64,000 bases of DNA, taken from the NCBI GenBank assembly GCA_032718475.1, contig JAUCBJ010007696.1:62001-126000 (forward strand), written 5' to 3'. Source of the stretch: Nemertoderma westbladi. Taxonomy: Eukaryota > Animalia > Xenacoelomorpha. The translations under genes were made by a program, and so were the position numbers. Under the pieces are notes generated by a model. The model had not been told where the DNA came from, made no database searches, and saw only the letters and a list, made by a program, of their open reading frames with translations. Below, piece by piece: positions 47,801 to 61,900 of this stretch (the stretch's first letter is position 1; the number at the start of each line of letters is the position of its first letter).

Positions 47801-50800
47801 ATCTGATTGGTTTATTTATTCCAGTCACAGTCCCCTGCACTCCCGTTCTAATATAATAAACTGAACATTAATCGGATTGGTTTATTTATTCCAGTCCCCT
47901 ACACTCCCGTTGTAATAGAGTAAACTGAACATTAATCTGATAGGTTTATTTATTCCAGTCACAGTCCCCTACACTCCCGTTCTAACAGAATAAACTGAAC
48001 ATTAATCTGATAGGTTTATTTATTCCAGTCCCCTACACTCCCGTTCTAATAGCGTAAACTGAACATTAATCTGATTGGTTTATTTATTCCAGTCCCCTAC
48101 ACTCCCGTTCTAATAGAGTAAACTGAACATTATTCTGATTGGTTTATTTATTCCAGTCCCCTACACTCCCGTTCTAATAGAGTAAACTGAACATTAATCT
48201 GATTGGTTTATTTATTCCAGTCACCTACACTCCCGTTCTAATAGAGTAAACTGAACATTAATCTGATTAGTTTATTTATTCCAGTCACAGTTCCCTACAC
48301 TCCCGTTCTAATAGAGTAAACTGAACATTAATCTGATTGGTTTATTTATTCCAGTCACAGTCCCCTACACTCCCGTTCTAATAGAGTAAACTGAACATTA
48401 ATCTGATTGGTTTATTTATTCCAGTCCCCTACACTCCCGTTCTAATAGAGAAAACTGAACATTAATCTGATTGGTTTATTTATTCCAGTCCCCTACACTC
48501 CCGCTCTAATAGAGTAAACTGAACATTAATCTGATTGGTTTATTTATTCCAGTATCCAGTCCCCTTCACTCCCGCTCCAATAGAGCAAACTGAACATTAA
48601 TCTGATTGGTTTATTTATTCCAGTCACAGTCCCCTACACTCCCGTTCTAATAGAGCAAACTGAACATTAATCTGATTGGTTTATTTATTCCAGTCCCCTA
48701 CACCCCCGCTCCAATAGAGTAAACTGAACATTAATCTGATTGGTTTATTTATTCCAGTCCCCTACACTCCCGTTCTAATAAGGTAAACTGAACATTAATC
48801 TGATTGGTTTATTTATTCCAGTCCCCTACACTCCCGTTCTAATAGAGTAACCTGAACATTAATCTGAATGGTTTATTTGTTCCAGTCCCCTACACCCCCG
48901 CTCCAATAGAGTAAACTGAACATTAATCTGATTGGTTTATTTATTCCAGTCCCCTACACTCCCGTTCTAATAGAGTAAACTGAACATTAATCTGATTGGT
49001 TTATTTATTCCAGTCACAGTCCCCTACACTCCCGTTCTAATAGAGTAAACTGAACATTAATCTGATTGGTTTATTTATTCCAGTCACCTACACTCCCGTT
49101 GTAATAGAGTAAACTGAACATTAATCTGATTAGTTTATTTATTCCAGTCACAGTTCCCTACACTCCCGCTCCAATAGAGCAAACTGAACATTAATCTGAT
49201 TGGTTTATTTATTCCAGTCACCTACACTCCCGTTGTAATAGAGCAAACTGAACATTAATCTGATTGGTTTATTTATTCCAGTCACAGTCCCCTACACTCC
49301 CGTTCTAATAGAGCAAACTGAACATTAATCTGATTGGTTTATTTATTCCAGTCCCCTACACTCCCGTTCTAATAGAGTAAACTGAACATTAATCTGATTG
49401 GTTTATTTATTCCAGTCCCCTACACTCCCGTTCTAATAGAGTAAACTGAACATTAATCTGATTGGTTTATTTATTCCAGTCACAGTCCCCTGCACTCCCG
49501 TTCTAATAGAGTAAACTGAACATTAATCGGATGGGTTTATTTTTTCCAGTCACAGTTCCCTACACTCCCGTTCTAATAGAGTAAACTGAACATTAATCTG
49601 ATTGGTTTATTTATTCCAGTCCCCTACACTCCCGTTCTAATAGAGTAAACTGAACATTAATCTGATAGGTTTATTTATTCCAGTCACAGTCCCCTACAGG
49701 GCCTACACTCCCGTTCTAATAGAGTAAACTGAACATTAATCTGATAGGTTTATTTATTCCAGTCCCCTACACTCCCGCTCTAATAGAGTAAACTGAACAT
49801 TAATATGCTAGGTTTATTTATTCCAGTCCCCTACACTCCCGTTCTAATAGAGTAAACTGAACATTAATCTGATTGGTTTATTTATTCCAGTCACAGTCCC
49901 CTACACTCCCGTTCTAATAGAGTAAACTGAACATTAATCTGATTGGTTTATTTATTCCAGTCACAGTCCCCTACACTCCCGCTCTAATAGAGTAAACTGA
50001 ACATTAATCTGATTGGTTTATTTATTCCAGTCCCCTACACTCCCGTTCTAATAGAGTAAACTGAACATTAATCTGATTGGTTTATTTATTCCAGTCCCCT
50101 ACACTCCCGCTCTAATAGAGTAAACTGAACATTAATCTGATTGGTTTATTTATTCCAGTCCCCTACACTCCCGTTCTAATAGAGTAAACTGAACATTAAT
50201 CTGATAGGTTTATTTATTCCAGTCCCCTACACTCCCGTTCTAATAGAGTAAACTGAACATTAATCTGATAGGTTTATTTATTCCAGTTCCAGTCCCCTAC
50301 ACTCCCGTTCTAATAGAGTAAACTGAACATTAATCTGATAGGTTTATTTATTCCAGTCACAGTCCCCTACACTCCCGTTCTAATAGAGTAAACTGAACAT
50401 TAATCTGATAGGTTTATTTATTCCAGTCCCCTACACTCCCGCTCTAATAGAGTAAACTGAACATTAATCTGATTGGTTTATTTATTCCAGTCACAGTCCC
50501 CTACACTCCCGTTCTAATAGAGTAAACTGAACATTAATCTGATTGGTTTATTTATTCCAGTCACAGTCCCCTACACTCCCGCTCTAATAGAGCAAACTGA
50601 ACATTAATCTGATAGGTTTATTTATTCCAGTCCCCTACACTCCCGCTCTAATAGAGTAAACTGAACATTAATCTGATTGGTTTATTTATTCCAGTCCCCT
50701 ACACTCCCGTTCTAATAGCGTAAACTGAACATTAATCTGATAGGTTTATTTATTCCAGTCCCCTACACTCCTGTTCTAATAGAGTAAACTGAACATTAAT

Positions 50801-53800
50801 CTGATTGGTTTATTTATTCCAGTCCCCTACACTCCCGTTCTAATAGCGTAAACTGAACATTAATCTGATAGGTTTATTTATTCCAGTCCCCTACACTCCC
50901 GCTCTAATAGAGTAAACTGAACATTAATCTGATAGGTTTATTTATTCCAGTCACAGTCCCCTACACTCCCGTTCTAATAGAGTAAACTGAACATTAATCT
51001 GATTGGTTTATTTATTCCAGTCCCATACACTCCCGTTCTAATAGCGTAAACTGAACATTAATCTGATTGGTTTATTTATTCCAGTCACAGTCCCCTACAC
51101 TCCCGTTCTAATAGAGTAAACTGAACATTAATCTGATAGGTTTATTTATTCTAGTCCCCTACACTCCCGTTCTAATAGAGTAAACTGAACATTAATCTGA
51201 TTGGTTTATTTATTCCAGTCCCCTACACTCCCGTTCTAATAGAGTAAACTGAACATTAATCTGATTGGTTTATTTATTCCAGTCCCCTACACTCCCGTTG
51301 TAATAGAGTAAACTGAACATTAATCTGATAGGTTTATTTATTCCAGTCCCCTACACTCCCGTTCTAATAGCGTAAACTGAACATTAATCTGATTAGTTTA
51401 TTTATTCCAGTCACAGTTCCCTACACTCCCGTTCTAATAGAGTAAACTGAACATTAATCTGATTGGTTTATTTATTCCAGTCACAGTCCCCTACACTCCC
51501 GTTCTAATAGAGTAAACTGAACATTAATCTGATTGGTTTATTTATTCCAGTCCCCTACACTCCCGTTCTAATAGAGTAAACTGAACATTAATCTGATTGG
51601 TTTATTTATTCCAGTCCCCTTCACTCCCGCTCCAATAGAGCAAACTGAACATTAATCTGATTGGTTTATTTATTCCAGTCACAGTCCCCTACACTCCCGT
51701 TCTAATAGAGCAAACTGAACATTAATCTGATTGGTTTATTTATTCCAGTCCCCTACACCCCCGCTCCAATAGAGTAAACTGAACATTAATCTGATTGGTT
51801 TATTTATTCCAGTCCCCTACACTCCCGTTCTAATAGAGTAACCTGAACATTAATCTGAATGGTTTATTTGTTCCAGTCCCCTACACCCCCGCTCCAATAG
51901 AGTAAACTGAACATTAATCTGATTGGTTTATTTATTCCAGTCCCCTACACTCCCGTTCTAATAAGGTAAACTGAACATTAATCTGATTGGTTTATTTATT
52001 CCAGTCCCCTACACTCCCGTTCTAATAGAGTAAACTGAACATTAATCTGATTGGTTTATTTATTCCAGTCACAGTCCCCTACACTCCCGTTCTAATAGAG
52101 TAAACTGAACATTAATCTGATTGGTTTATTTATTCCAGTCCCCTACACTCCCGCTCTAATAGAGTAAACTGAACATTAATCTGATTAGTTTATTTATTCC
52201 AGTCACAGTTCCCTACACTCCCGCTCCAATAGAGCAAACTGAACATTAATCTGATTGGTTTATTTATTCCAGTCACCTACACTCCCGTTGTAATAGAGTA
52301 AACTGAACATTAATCTGATTAGTTTATTTATTCCAGTCACAGTTCCCTACACTCCCGCTCCAATAGAGCAAACTGAACATTAATCTGATTGGTTTATTTA
52401 TTCCAGTCACCTACACTCCCGTTGTAATAGAGTAAACTGAACATTAATCTGATTGGTTTATTTATTCCAGTCACAGTTCCTTACACTCCGCTCCAATAGA
52501 GCAAACTGAACATTAATCTGATTGGTTTATTTATTCCAGTCACAGTCCCCTACACTCCCGTTCTAATAGAGCAAACTGAACATTAATCTGATTGGTTTAT
52601 TTATTCCAGTCCCCTACACTCCCGTTCTAATAGAGTAAACTGAACATTAATCTGATTGGTTTATTTATTCCAGTCCCCTACACTCCCGTTCTAATAGAGT
52701 AAACTGAACATTAATCTGATTGGTTTATTTATTCCAGTCACAGTCCCCTGCACTCCCGTTCTAATAGAGTAAACTGAACATTAATCGGATGGGTTTATTT
52801 TTTCCAGTCACAGTTCCCTACACTCCCGTTCTAATAGAGTAAACTGAACATTAATCTGATTGGTTTATTTATTCCAGTCCCCTACACTCCCGTTCTAATA
52901 GAGTAAACTGAACATTAATCTGATAGGTTTATTTATTCCAGTCACAGTCCCCTACACTCCCGTTCTAATAGAGTAAACTGAACATTAATCTGATAGGTTT
53001 ATTTATTCCAGTCCCCTACACTCCCGCTCTAATAGAGTAAACTGAACATTAATCTGATTGGTTTATTTATTCCAGTCACAGTCCCCTACACTCCCGTTCT
53101 AATAGAGTAAACTGAACATTAATCTGATTGGTTTATTTATTCCAGTCACAGTCCCCTACACTCCCGCTCTAATAGAGTAAACTGAACATTAATCTGATTG
53201 GTTTATTTATTCCAGTCCCCTACACTCCCGTTCTAATAGAGTAAACTGAACATTAATCTGATTGGTTTATTTATTCCAGTCACAGTCCCCTACACTCCCG
53301 TTCTAATAGAGTAAACTGAACATTAATCTGATAGGTTTATTTATTCCAGTCACAGTCCCCTACACTCCCGCTCTAATAGAGCAAACTGAACATTAATCTG
53401 ATAGGTTTATTTATTCCAGTCACCTACACTCCCGTTCTAATAGAGTAAACTGAACATTAATCTGATAGGTTTATTTATTCCAGTCCCCTACACTCCCGTT
53501 CTAATAGAGTAAACTGAACATTAATCTGATTGGTTTATTTATTCCAGTCCCCTACACTCCCGTTCTAATAGAGTAAACTGAACATTAATCTGATAGGTTT
53601 ATTTATTCCAGTCACCTACACTCCCGTTCTAATAGAGTAAACTGAACATTAATCTGATAGGTTTATTTATTCCAGTCCCCTACACTCCCGTTCTAATAGA
53701 GTAAACTGAACATTAATCTGATTGGTTTATTTATTCCAGTCACAGTCCCCTACACTCCCGCTCTAATAGAGCAAACTGAACATTAATCTGATAGGTTTAT

Positions 53801-56800
53801 TTATTCCAGTCACCTACACTCCCGTTCTAATAGAGTAAACTGAACATTAATCTGATAGGTTTATTTATTCCAGTCCCCTACACTCCCGTTCTAATAGAGT
53901 AAACTGAACATTAATCTGATTGGTTTATTTATTCCAGTCACAGTCCCCTACACTCCCGTTCTAATAGAGTAAACTGAACATTAATCTGATAGGTTTATTT
54001 ATTCCAGTCACAGTCCCCTACACTCCCGCTCTAATAGAGCAAACTGAACATTAATCTGATAGGTTTATTTATTCCAGTCACAGTCCCCTACACTCCCGCT
54101 CTAATAGAGTAAACTGAACATTAATCTGATTGGTTTATTTATTCCAGTCCCCTACACTCCCGCTCTAATAGAGCAAACTGAACATTAATCTGATAGGTTT
54201 ATTTATTCCAGTCACCTACACTCCCGTTCTAATAGAGTAAACTGAACATTAATCTGATAGGTTTATTTATTCCAGTCCCCTACACTCCCGTTCTAATAGA
54301 GTAAACTGAACATTAATCTGATAGGTTTATTTATTCCAGTCACAGTCCCCTACACTCCCGCTCTAATAGAGCAAACTGAACATTAATCTGATAGGTTTAT
54401 TTATTCCAGTCACCTACACTCCCGTTCTAATAGAGTAAACTGAACATTAATCTGATAGGTTTATTTATTCCAGTCCCCTACACTCCCGTTCTAATAGAGT
54501 AAACTGAACATTAATCTGATAGGTTTATTTATTCCAGTCACAGTCCCCTACACTCCCGTTCTAATAGAGTAAACTGAACATTAATCTGATTGGTTTATTT
54601 ATTCCAGTCCCCTACACTCCCGTTCTAATAGAGTAAACTGAACATTAATCTGATAGGTTTATTTATTCCAGTCCCCTACACTCCCGCTCTAATAGAGTAA
54701 ACTGAACATTAATATGATAGGTTTATTTATTCCAGTCACAGTCCCCTACACTCCCGTTCTAATAGAGTAAACTGAACATTAATCTGATTGGTTTATTTAT
54801 TCCAGTCCCCTACACTCCCGTTCTAATAGAGTAAACTGAACATTAATCTGATAGGTTTATTTATTCCAGTCACAGTCCCCTACACTCCCGTTCTAATAGA
54901 GTAAACTGAACATTAATCTGATTGGTTCATTTATTCCAGTCCCATACACTCCCGCTCTAATAGAGTAAACTGAACATTAATCTGATTGGTTTATTTATTC
55001 CAGTCCCCTACACTCCCGTTCTAATAGAGTAAACTGAACATTAATCTGATTGGTTTATTTATTCCAGTCACAGTCCCATACACTCCCGTTCTAATAGAGT
55101 AAACTGAACATTAATCTGATTGGTTTATTTATTCCAGTCCCCTACACTCCCGTTCTAATAGAGTAAACTGAACATTAATCTGATTGGTTTATTTATTCCA
55201 GTCCCCTACACTCCCGCTCTAATAGAGTAAACTGAACATTAATCTGATTGGTTTATTTATTCCAGTCCCCTACACTCCCGTTCTAATAGAGTAAACTGAA
55301 CATTAATCTGATTGGTTTATTTATTCCAGTAACCTACACTCCCGTTCTAATAGAGTAAACTGAACATTAATCTGATTGGTTTATTTATTCCAGTCCCCTA
55401 CACTCACGTTCTAATAGAGTAAACTGAACATTAATCTGATTGGTTTATTTATTCCAGTCACAGTCCCCTGCACTCCCGTTCTAATAGAGTAAACTGAACA
55501 TTAATCGGATGGGTTTATTTTTTCCAGTCCCCTACACTCCCGTTCTAATAGAGTAAACTGAACATTAATCTGATTGGTTTATTTATTCCAGTCACAGTCC
55601 CCTGCACTCCCGTTCTAATAGAGTAAACTGAACATTAATCTGATTGGTTTATTTATTCCAGTCACAGTCCCCTGCACTCCCGTTCTAATAGAGTAAACTG
55701 AACATTAATCTGATTGGTTTATTTATTCCAGTCCCCTACACTCCCGCTCTAATAGAGTAAACTGAACATTAATCTGATTGGTTTATTTATTCCAGTCACA
55801 GTCCCCTGCACTCCCGTTCTAATAGAGTAAACTGAACATTAATCTGATTGGTTTATTTATTCCAGTCCCCTACACTCCCGCTCTAATAGAGTAAACTGAA
55901 CATTAATCTGATTGGTTTATTTATTCCAGTCCCCTACACTCCCGCTCTAATAGAGTAAACTGAACATTAATCTGATTGGTTCATTTATTCCAGTCACCTA
56001 CACTCCCGTTCTAATAGAGTAAACTGAACATTAATCTAATTGGTTTATTTATTCCAGTCCCCTACACTCCCGTTCTAATAGAGTAAACTGAACATTAATC
56101 TGATTGGTTTATTTATTCCAGTCCCCTACACTCCCGCTCTAATAGAGTAAACTGAACATTAATCTGATAGGTTCATTTATTCCAGTCACAGTCCCCTAAA
56201 CTCCCGTTCTAATAGAGTAAACTGAACATTAATCTGATTAGTTTATTTATTCCAGTCACAGTTCCCTACACTCCCGCTCCAATAGAGCAAACTGAACATT
56301 AATCTGATTGGTTTATTTATTCCAGTCACCTACACTCCCGTTGTAATAGAGTAAACTGAACATTAATCTGATTGGTTTATTTATTCCAGTCACAGTTCCC
56401 TACACTCCCGCTCCAATAGAGCAAACTGAACATTAATCTGATTGGTTTATTTATTCCAGTCACCTACACTCCCGTTGTAATAGAGTAAACTGAACATTAA
56501 TCTGATTGGTTTATTTATTCCAGTCACAGTCCCCTACACTCCCGTTCTAATAGAGCAAACTGAACATTAATCTGATTGGTTTATTTATTCCAGTCACCTA
56601 CACTCCCGCTCTAATAGAGTAAACTGAACATTAATCTGATTGGTTTATTTATTCCAGTCACAGTCCCCTACACTTCCGTTCTAATAGAGTAAACTGAACA
56701 TTAATCTGATTGGTTTATTTATTCCAGTCCCCTACACTCCCGTTGTAATAGAGTAAACTGAACATTAATCTGATTGGTTTATTTATTCCAGTCCCCTACA

Positions 56801-58445
56801 CTCCCGTTCTAATAGCGTAAACTGAACATTAATCTGATAGGTTTATTTATTCCAGTCCCCTACACTCCTGTTCTAATAGAGTAACCTGAACATTAATCTG
56901 ATTGGTTTATTTATTCCAGTCCCCTACACTCCCGCTCTAATAGAGTAAACTGAACATTAATCTGATTGGTTTATTTATTCCAGTCACAGTCCCCTACACT
57001 CCCGCTCTAATAGAGTAAACAGAACATTAATCTGATTGGTTTATTTATTCCAGTCCCCTACACTCCCGCTCTAATAGAGTAAACTGAACATTAATCTGAT
57101 TGGTTTATTTATTCCAGTCACAGTCCCCTACACTCCCGTTCTAATAGAGTAAACTGAACATTAATCTGATTGGTTTATTTATTCCAGTCCCCTACACTCC
57201 CGCTCTAATAGAGTAAACTGAACATTAATCTGATTGGTTTATTTATTCCAGTCCCCTACACTCCCGTTCTAATAGAGTAAACTGAACATTAATCTGATTG
57301 GTTTATTTATTCCAGTCACCTACACTCCCGCTCTAATAGAGTAAACTGAACATTAATCTGATTGGTTTATTTATTCCAGTCACAGTCCCCTACACTCCCG
57401 CTCTAATAGAGCAAACTGAACATTAATCTGATAGGTTTATTTATTCCAGTCACCTACACTCCCACTCTAATAGAGTAAACTGAACATTAATCTGATAGGT
57501 TTATTTATTCCAGTCACCTACACTCCCGCTCTAATAGAGCAAACTGAACATTAATCTGATAGGTTTATTTATTCCAGTCACCTACACTCCCGCTCTAATA
57601 GAGTAAACTGAACATTAATCTCATTGGTTTATTTATTCCAGTCCCCTACACTCCCGTTCTAATAGAGTAAACTGAACATTAATCTGATTGGTTTATTTAT
57701 TCCAGTCCCCTACACTCCCGCTCTAATAGAGTAAACCGAACATTAATCTGATAGGTTTATTTATTCCAGTCACCTACACTCCCGCTCTAATAGAGTAAAC
57801 TGAACATTAATCTCATTGGTTTATTTATTCCAGTCCCCTACACTCCCGTTCTAATAGAGTAAACTGAACATTAATCTGATTGGTTTATTTATTCCAGTCA
57901 CCTACACTCCCGCTCTAATAGAGTAAACTGAACATTAATCTCATTGGTTTATTTATTCCAGTCCCCTACACTCCCGTTCTAATAGAGTAAACTGAACATT
58001 AATCTGATTGGTTTATTTATTCCAGTCCCCTACACTCCCGCTCTAATAGAGTAAACTGAACATTAATCTCATTGGTTTATTTATTCCAGTCCCCTACACT
58101 CCCGTTCTAATAGAGTAAACTGAACATTAATCTGATTGGTTTATTTATTCCAGTCCCCTACACTCCCGCTCTAATAGAGTAAACTGAACATTAATCTGAT
58201 AGGTTTATTTATTCCAGTCACAGTCCCCTACACTCCCGCTCTAATAGAGCAAACTGAACATTAATCTGATTGGTTTATTTATTCCAGTCACAGTCCCCTA
58301 CACTCCCGTTCTAATAGAGTAAACTGAACATTAATCTGATTGGTTTATTTATTCCAGTCACCTACACTCCCGTTCTAATAGAGTAAACTGAACATTAATC
58401 TGATTGGTTTATTTATTCCAGTCGCAGTCCCCTACACTCCCGTTC
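29885..58445 (+). repeat. Satellite DNA array with 64- and 70-bp monomers, roughly 430 copies (estimated from length)
   Basis: Monomer AATAGAGTAAACTGAACATTAATCTGATTGGTTTATTTATTCCAGTC[ACAGTC]CCCTACACTCCCGYTCT, uninterrupted, with recurrent point variants. Confidence 0.99.
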
Positions 58446-59143
58446 GCGATCTATAAGTCCTCGCGGTCGATACAACCGGAACGGCTATGATTAATTCGCA
58501 ATGTTGTTACCATAGGCACCTTGATAGCAACGAACTATGGTGAAACTCTTTACATGGATGGACAGTTTGAATGTTGAATATCATAAAACTCGTCAAAGTT
58601 ACTGACATAATAACTAAGACTACAATATTAAATCACTTTACATAGACTCTATAACACACCATGGTAACAATTGTGTGTTGTGTAGTGTATAGTGTAGGTG
58701 TAAACATGCCAACCGCAATAAGCTTTCTTTGAGAAAAAAATTCAACTCTGCCTACTATTAATAGATTTACTTGTATCTTCCCTGTGTAACTTTGTTTTCT
58801 CATACTGGTTTTGATTATTTTTGTTACAAGTTTAAAAATAGTATGAACCGAACCGCAATTCAATTTCATTTCATTTTAACATTGTACTTATGGATTGTAA
58901 GCCGGATGTGTTTGGGAGAGGTTTAATATTGAACTCCCTCCCGGGGTCACGGGACTTCCCAAATATAACATGCGCTTATTCATAAAAGAGACAGATTTGT
59001 CTGGACCGTCAGCTAATACTACTGTTACTGTATAATCGTTTTTTTCTTTCTGAAATCTAGGCGTACTGGTACTATCAACACATTAGCCACATCTACAATG
59101 TCTACACCGGTACTACCTGGGAGCAAGGGAAGTTTGATTTAAG

Positions 59144-59440
59144 ACGTTGCGTTCCCCGCGTTCCCTATCACGTTCCCCGCGTTCCCTATCACGTTCCCCG
59201 CTTTCCTTATTATTACGTTTCCAACATTCCCCGTCACGTTCCCCGCGTTCCCTATCACGTTCCCCGCGTTTCCTATCACGTTCCCCGCTTTCCTTATTAT
59301 TACGTTGCCAACATTCCCCGTCACGTTCCCCGCTTTCCTTATTACGTTCCCAACATTCCCCGTCACGTTCCGTCCCCCGCGTTCCCCGCATTCCTTATTA
59401 CATTCCCACCATTCCATTCCCAGTATTACATTCCCTATAA
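59144..59440. repeat. GC-rich minisatellite of CACGTTCCCC/GTTCCCTAT motifs, open in several frames
   Basis: Repeated TCACGTTCCCCGC and TTCCTTATTA(TTA)CGTT produce three overlapping low-complexity ORFs. Confidence 0.8.
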
Positions 59441-60593
59441 CGGGGGACTGATTCGTTCCTCGCTTCCACTTGCCGCTTCGCCCACTCGCCACCATTGAGT
59501 TACACTAAACCCTATTCATATCTTCGTGTTTTTCGATCGATACTTGTTTGGTGATGTTAAGCAGATTCGTACTAAACAATGCTGATTTATAGCCAACTAA
59601 CTGTATTACCACACAGCTCTGTATCAATCGATGTTGTTGTCAATTCTCGGAAGTTGAATACTCTACCACCTACAGAGTTCTATGTTCTTAGAAACAACGG
59701 ACAATCCTTACTGAAATGCTTATGTAGTATCATCTACTGTAAGTAGAGAATTATTGCATAGTTTGTCGGCCTTTATAATAATAGTCGCGCATGTTGGTTC
59801 ACATAATATAGCTCCGAGTGATACATTATTACGAAGCGGGAACTGCAATTATGCATTTCTCGAGTTGTTATTTGAATAGTTTTTTTTTCAGCCAACGTAA
59901 TTTCCATTACCGGTATTATTTTCTAGAATTGTCTTAATTACCGGTATCTTCTGTTATAATACTACTACAACTACTATCATTGGTCTGTTGCATTGCAGCT
60001 GCACATTGAGATGCTATGATAGCGTAACAAAAAATTTGTGCCACCTCCATATAATTTACAATTGGCCCGATGTGATGCAGCGTGCATTAAGAATGCCATG
60101 CCGGTTTTTAGACAAAATTTCTGAAATGAAAATTCTTATAAAATGTATAAATTCATTATTGATATATTCCGCTGTCCCGCAAACTCCCGCCCCGATGTGT
60201 GTAAGCATGTTTGTTAAAAACACCAATCAATATATTTGGTATTGACCAACATAACATATAGTATTACTACTAGGGATGTCCCGGAATTCCGTTCCGGCCG
60301 GAATTCCGGCGGTTTTTGCCCGATTCCGGTTCCAGCCGGAGTTGCCAGAATGGAGTCAATTCCGTCCGGAATTTTACCGGAATTACCAGGTTCCTAACTA
60401 GTTTAGTAATTTCAATTAGTTTGTTAAATTATTATCAACATTTATATATTTTTTAAACTTTATTACCAATTAGTTTACTTGTAAAAAAGTATTGAGCTAT
60501 AGTATTAGAGCTAACATTGGAGGATGCAAGGCATAGATGCCTCCTGCTGGTTAGCCCCTTCAAACCATTCGTGCCGAATCGAAAACTGCCTTG

Positions 60594-60665
60594 GCCCACA
60601 TGCTGGGATCGAATCCACGACATCCACAGAGATGGGAATTCAATGCAACCACTACACCAAAGTGG
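60594..60665 (-). mobile_element. Degenerate tRNA-derived SINE head
   Basis: Minus strand has an A-box-like TGGTGTAGTGG (60649-60659) and a B-box-like GGATTCGATCC (60606-60616) about 32 bp apart; no convincing cloverleaf. Confidence 0.5.
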
Positions 60666-60863
60666 AAACTAACTAACCTATATAACGAGGGAAAATTCAC
60701 AGCCACCCTGATTTTTAAAGTGAATGCAGTCTTGATGGGTATGTAACACATTTCCAAAAAACATATGTCATTATCATTAAAACATTATCCACCATCTGTT
60801 ACACCACCTGCTGTAGTGTTCATATACAATTCACAATAACTCGTGAGTCGTATGCCAAAAGAT

Positions 60864-60965
60864 TATTTTACATTATTTAACATTGATTTTACATTATTTT
60901 ACATTGATTTTACATTATTTTACATTGATTTTACATTATTTTACATCGATTTTACATTATTTTAC
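60864..60965. repeat. 11-bp tandem repeat (ATTTTACATTR)n
   Basis: About 9 copies. Confidence 0.9.
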
Positions 60966-61900
60966 TTTGACTGATTTATTAAATAATGTGATAATATTAT
61001 GATTGGTATTGTCCAACATAATAATAAGATTACCCCAAAAGATTTGCAGCTTATTACCAAGGAGGTCCTTCATGTTACTTGGTTACAAATACAATATTAC
61101 ATAAATACACTGAGCTAATCTAAAATTAATATAAAACGTTTACACTAAGTACAGGTCCTGCTAGTAGTTGTTATGTAGTTCAGTCCTGCGCCGTAGGTGC
61201 TGCATAAGTGCATAATACAGTAGTTTTATTTATATTTACAGCAAAGCTATTTCTTACCATAAATCGATTTATTCTCAGCAAAAAATAAACTGTATGTAAC
61301 ATGTAATATTGACACTCGTTTATTGTTTTGGTTCGAATAACATGTCACTGTAACCTGCTTCTTTCCCTTAACGGCACCAGGATATTGCATTAAAGGACGT
61401 AATGACGCGAAACCCCAGGTTCTTGGTTAACGTAGATTTTTAGGGAAAACTTTTTTAGGGAAACTAAATGCTAAAAACCTAACTTTTGGCCAAGGTTATA
61501 TATTAAATAAAAATAATTATATTGAATTCCTTGTCGTTTAAGGCCGAAGTATCATCCCGTCCCCATAATAGTCCATAACGGCCCAGGCCACTCTCCACTC
61601 CACCCACCAAAACTCCCCGGGAGGTGCTGATTGATCTCATTAGTAAACTTGGCTTTAGAAATTAAAAAAAATCACTTATATCACAAAAAATTATTAAAGT
61701 TTCATAGGTCATTTTGTGTATTTCACTAATTATAGAAAATGCCGGTTCCGGCCGGAATATTCCGGTATGTTGAATTCCGGTTCCGGTCGGAATCAAAATA
61801 TCGATTCCGGGACATCCCTAATTATTACCCCCAAAGCTTTGCAGCTTATTTCTAATTGGGTCCTTAGAAAGGGGGGGGGGGGGGGGGTACTTGAAAACGT

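Larger units (their letters stand above)
60271..61820. mobile_element. hAT-type non-autonomous element
   Basis: TIR TAGGGATGTCCCGGAAT / ATTCCGGGACATCCCTA, subterminal CCGGAA/TTCCGG clusters, and an 8-bp TSD ATTACTAC (60263-60270) / ATTATTAC (61821-61828) with one mismatch. Confidence 0.88.

Noticed and set aside
29598-58445. CRISPR-like array
   Set aside because: Monomers are contiguous with no unique spacers, there are no cas genes, and the context is eukaryotic.
60594-60665. Functional tRNA gene
   Set aside because: A and B boxes are present, but acceptor and anticodon stems could not be paired.
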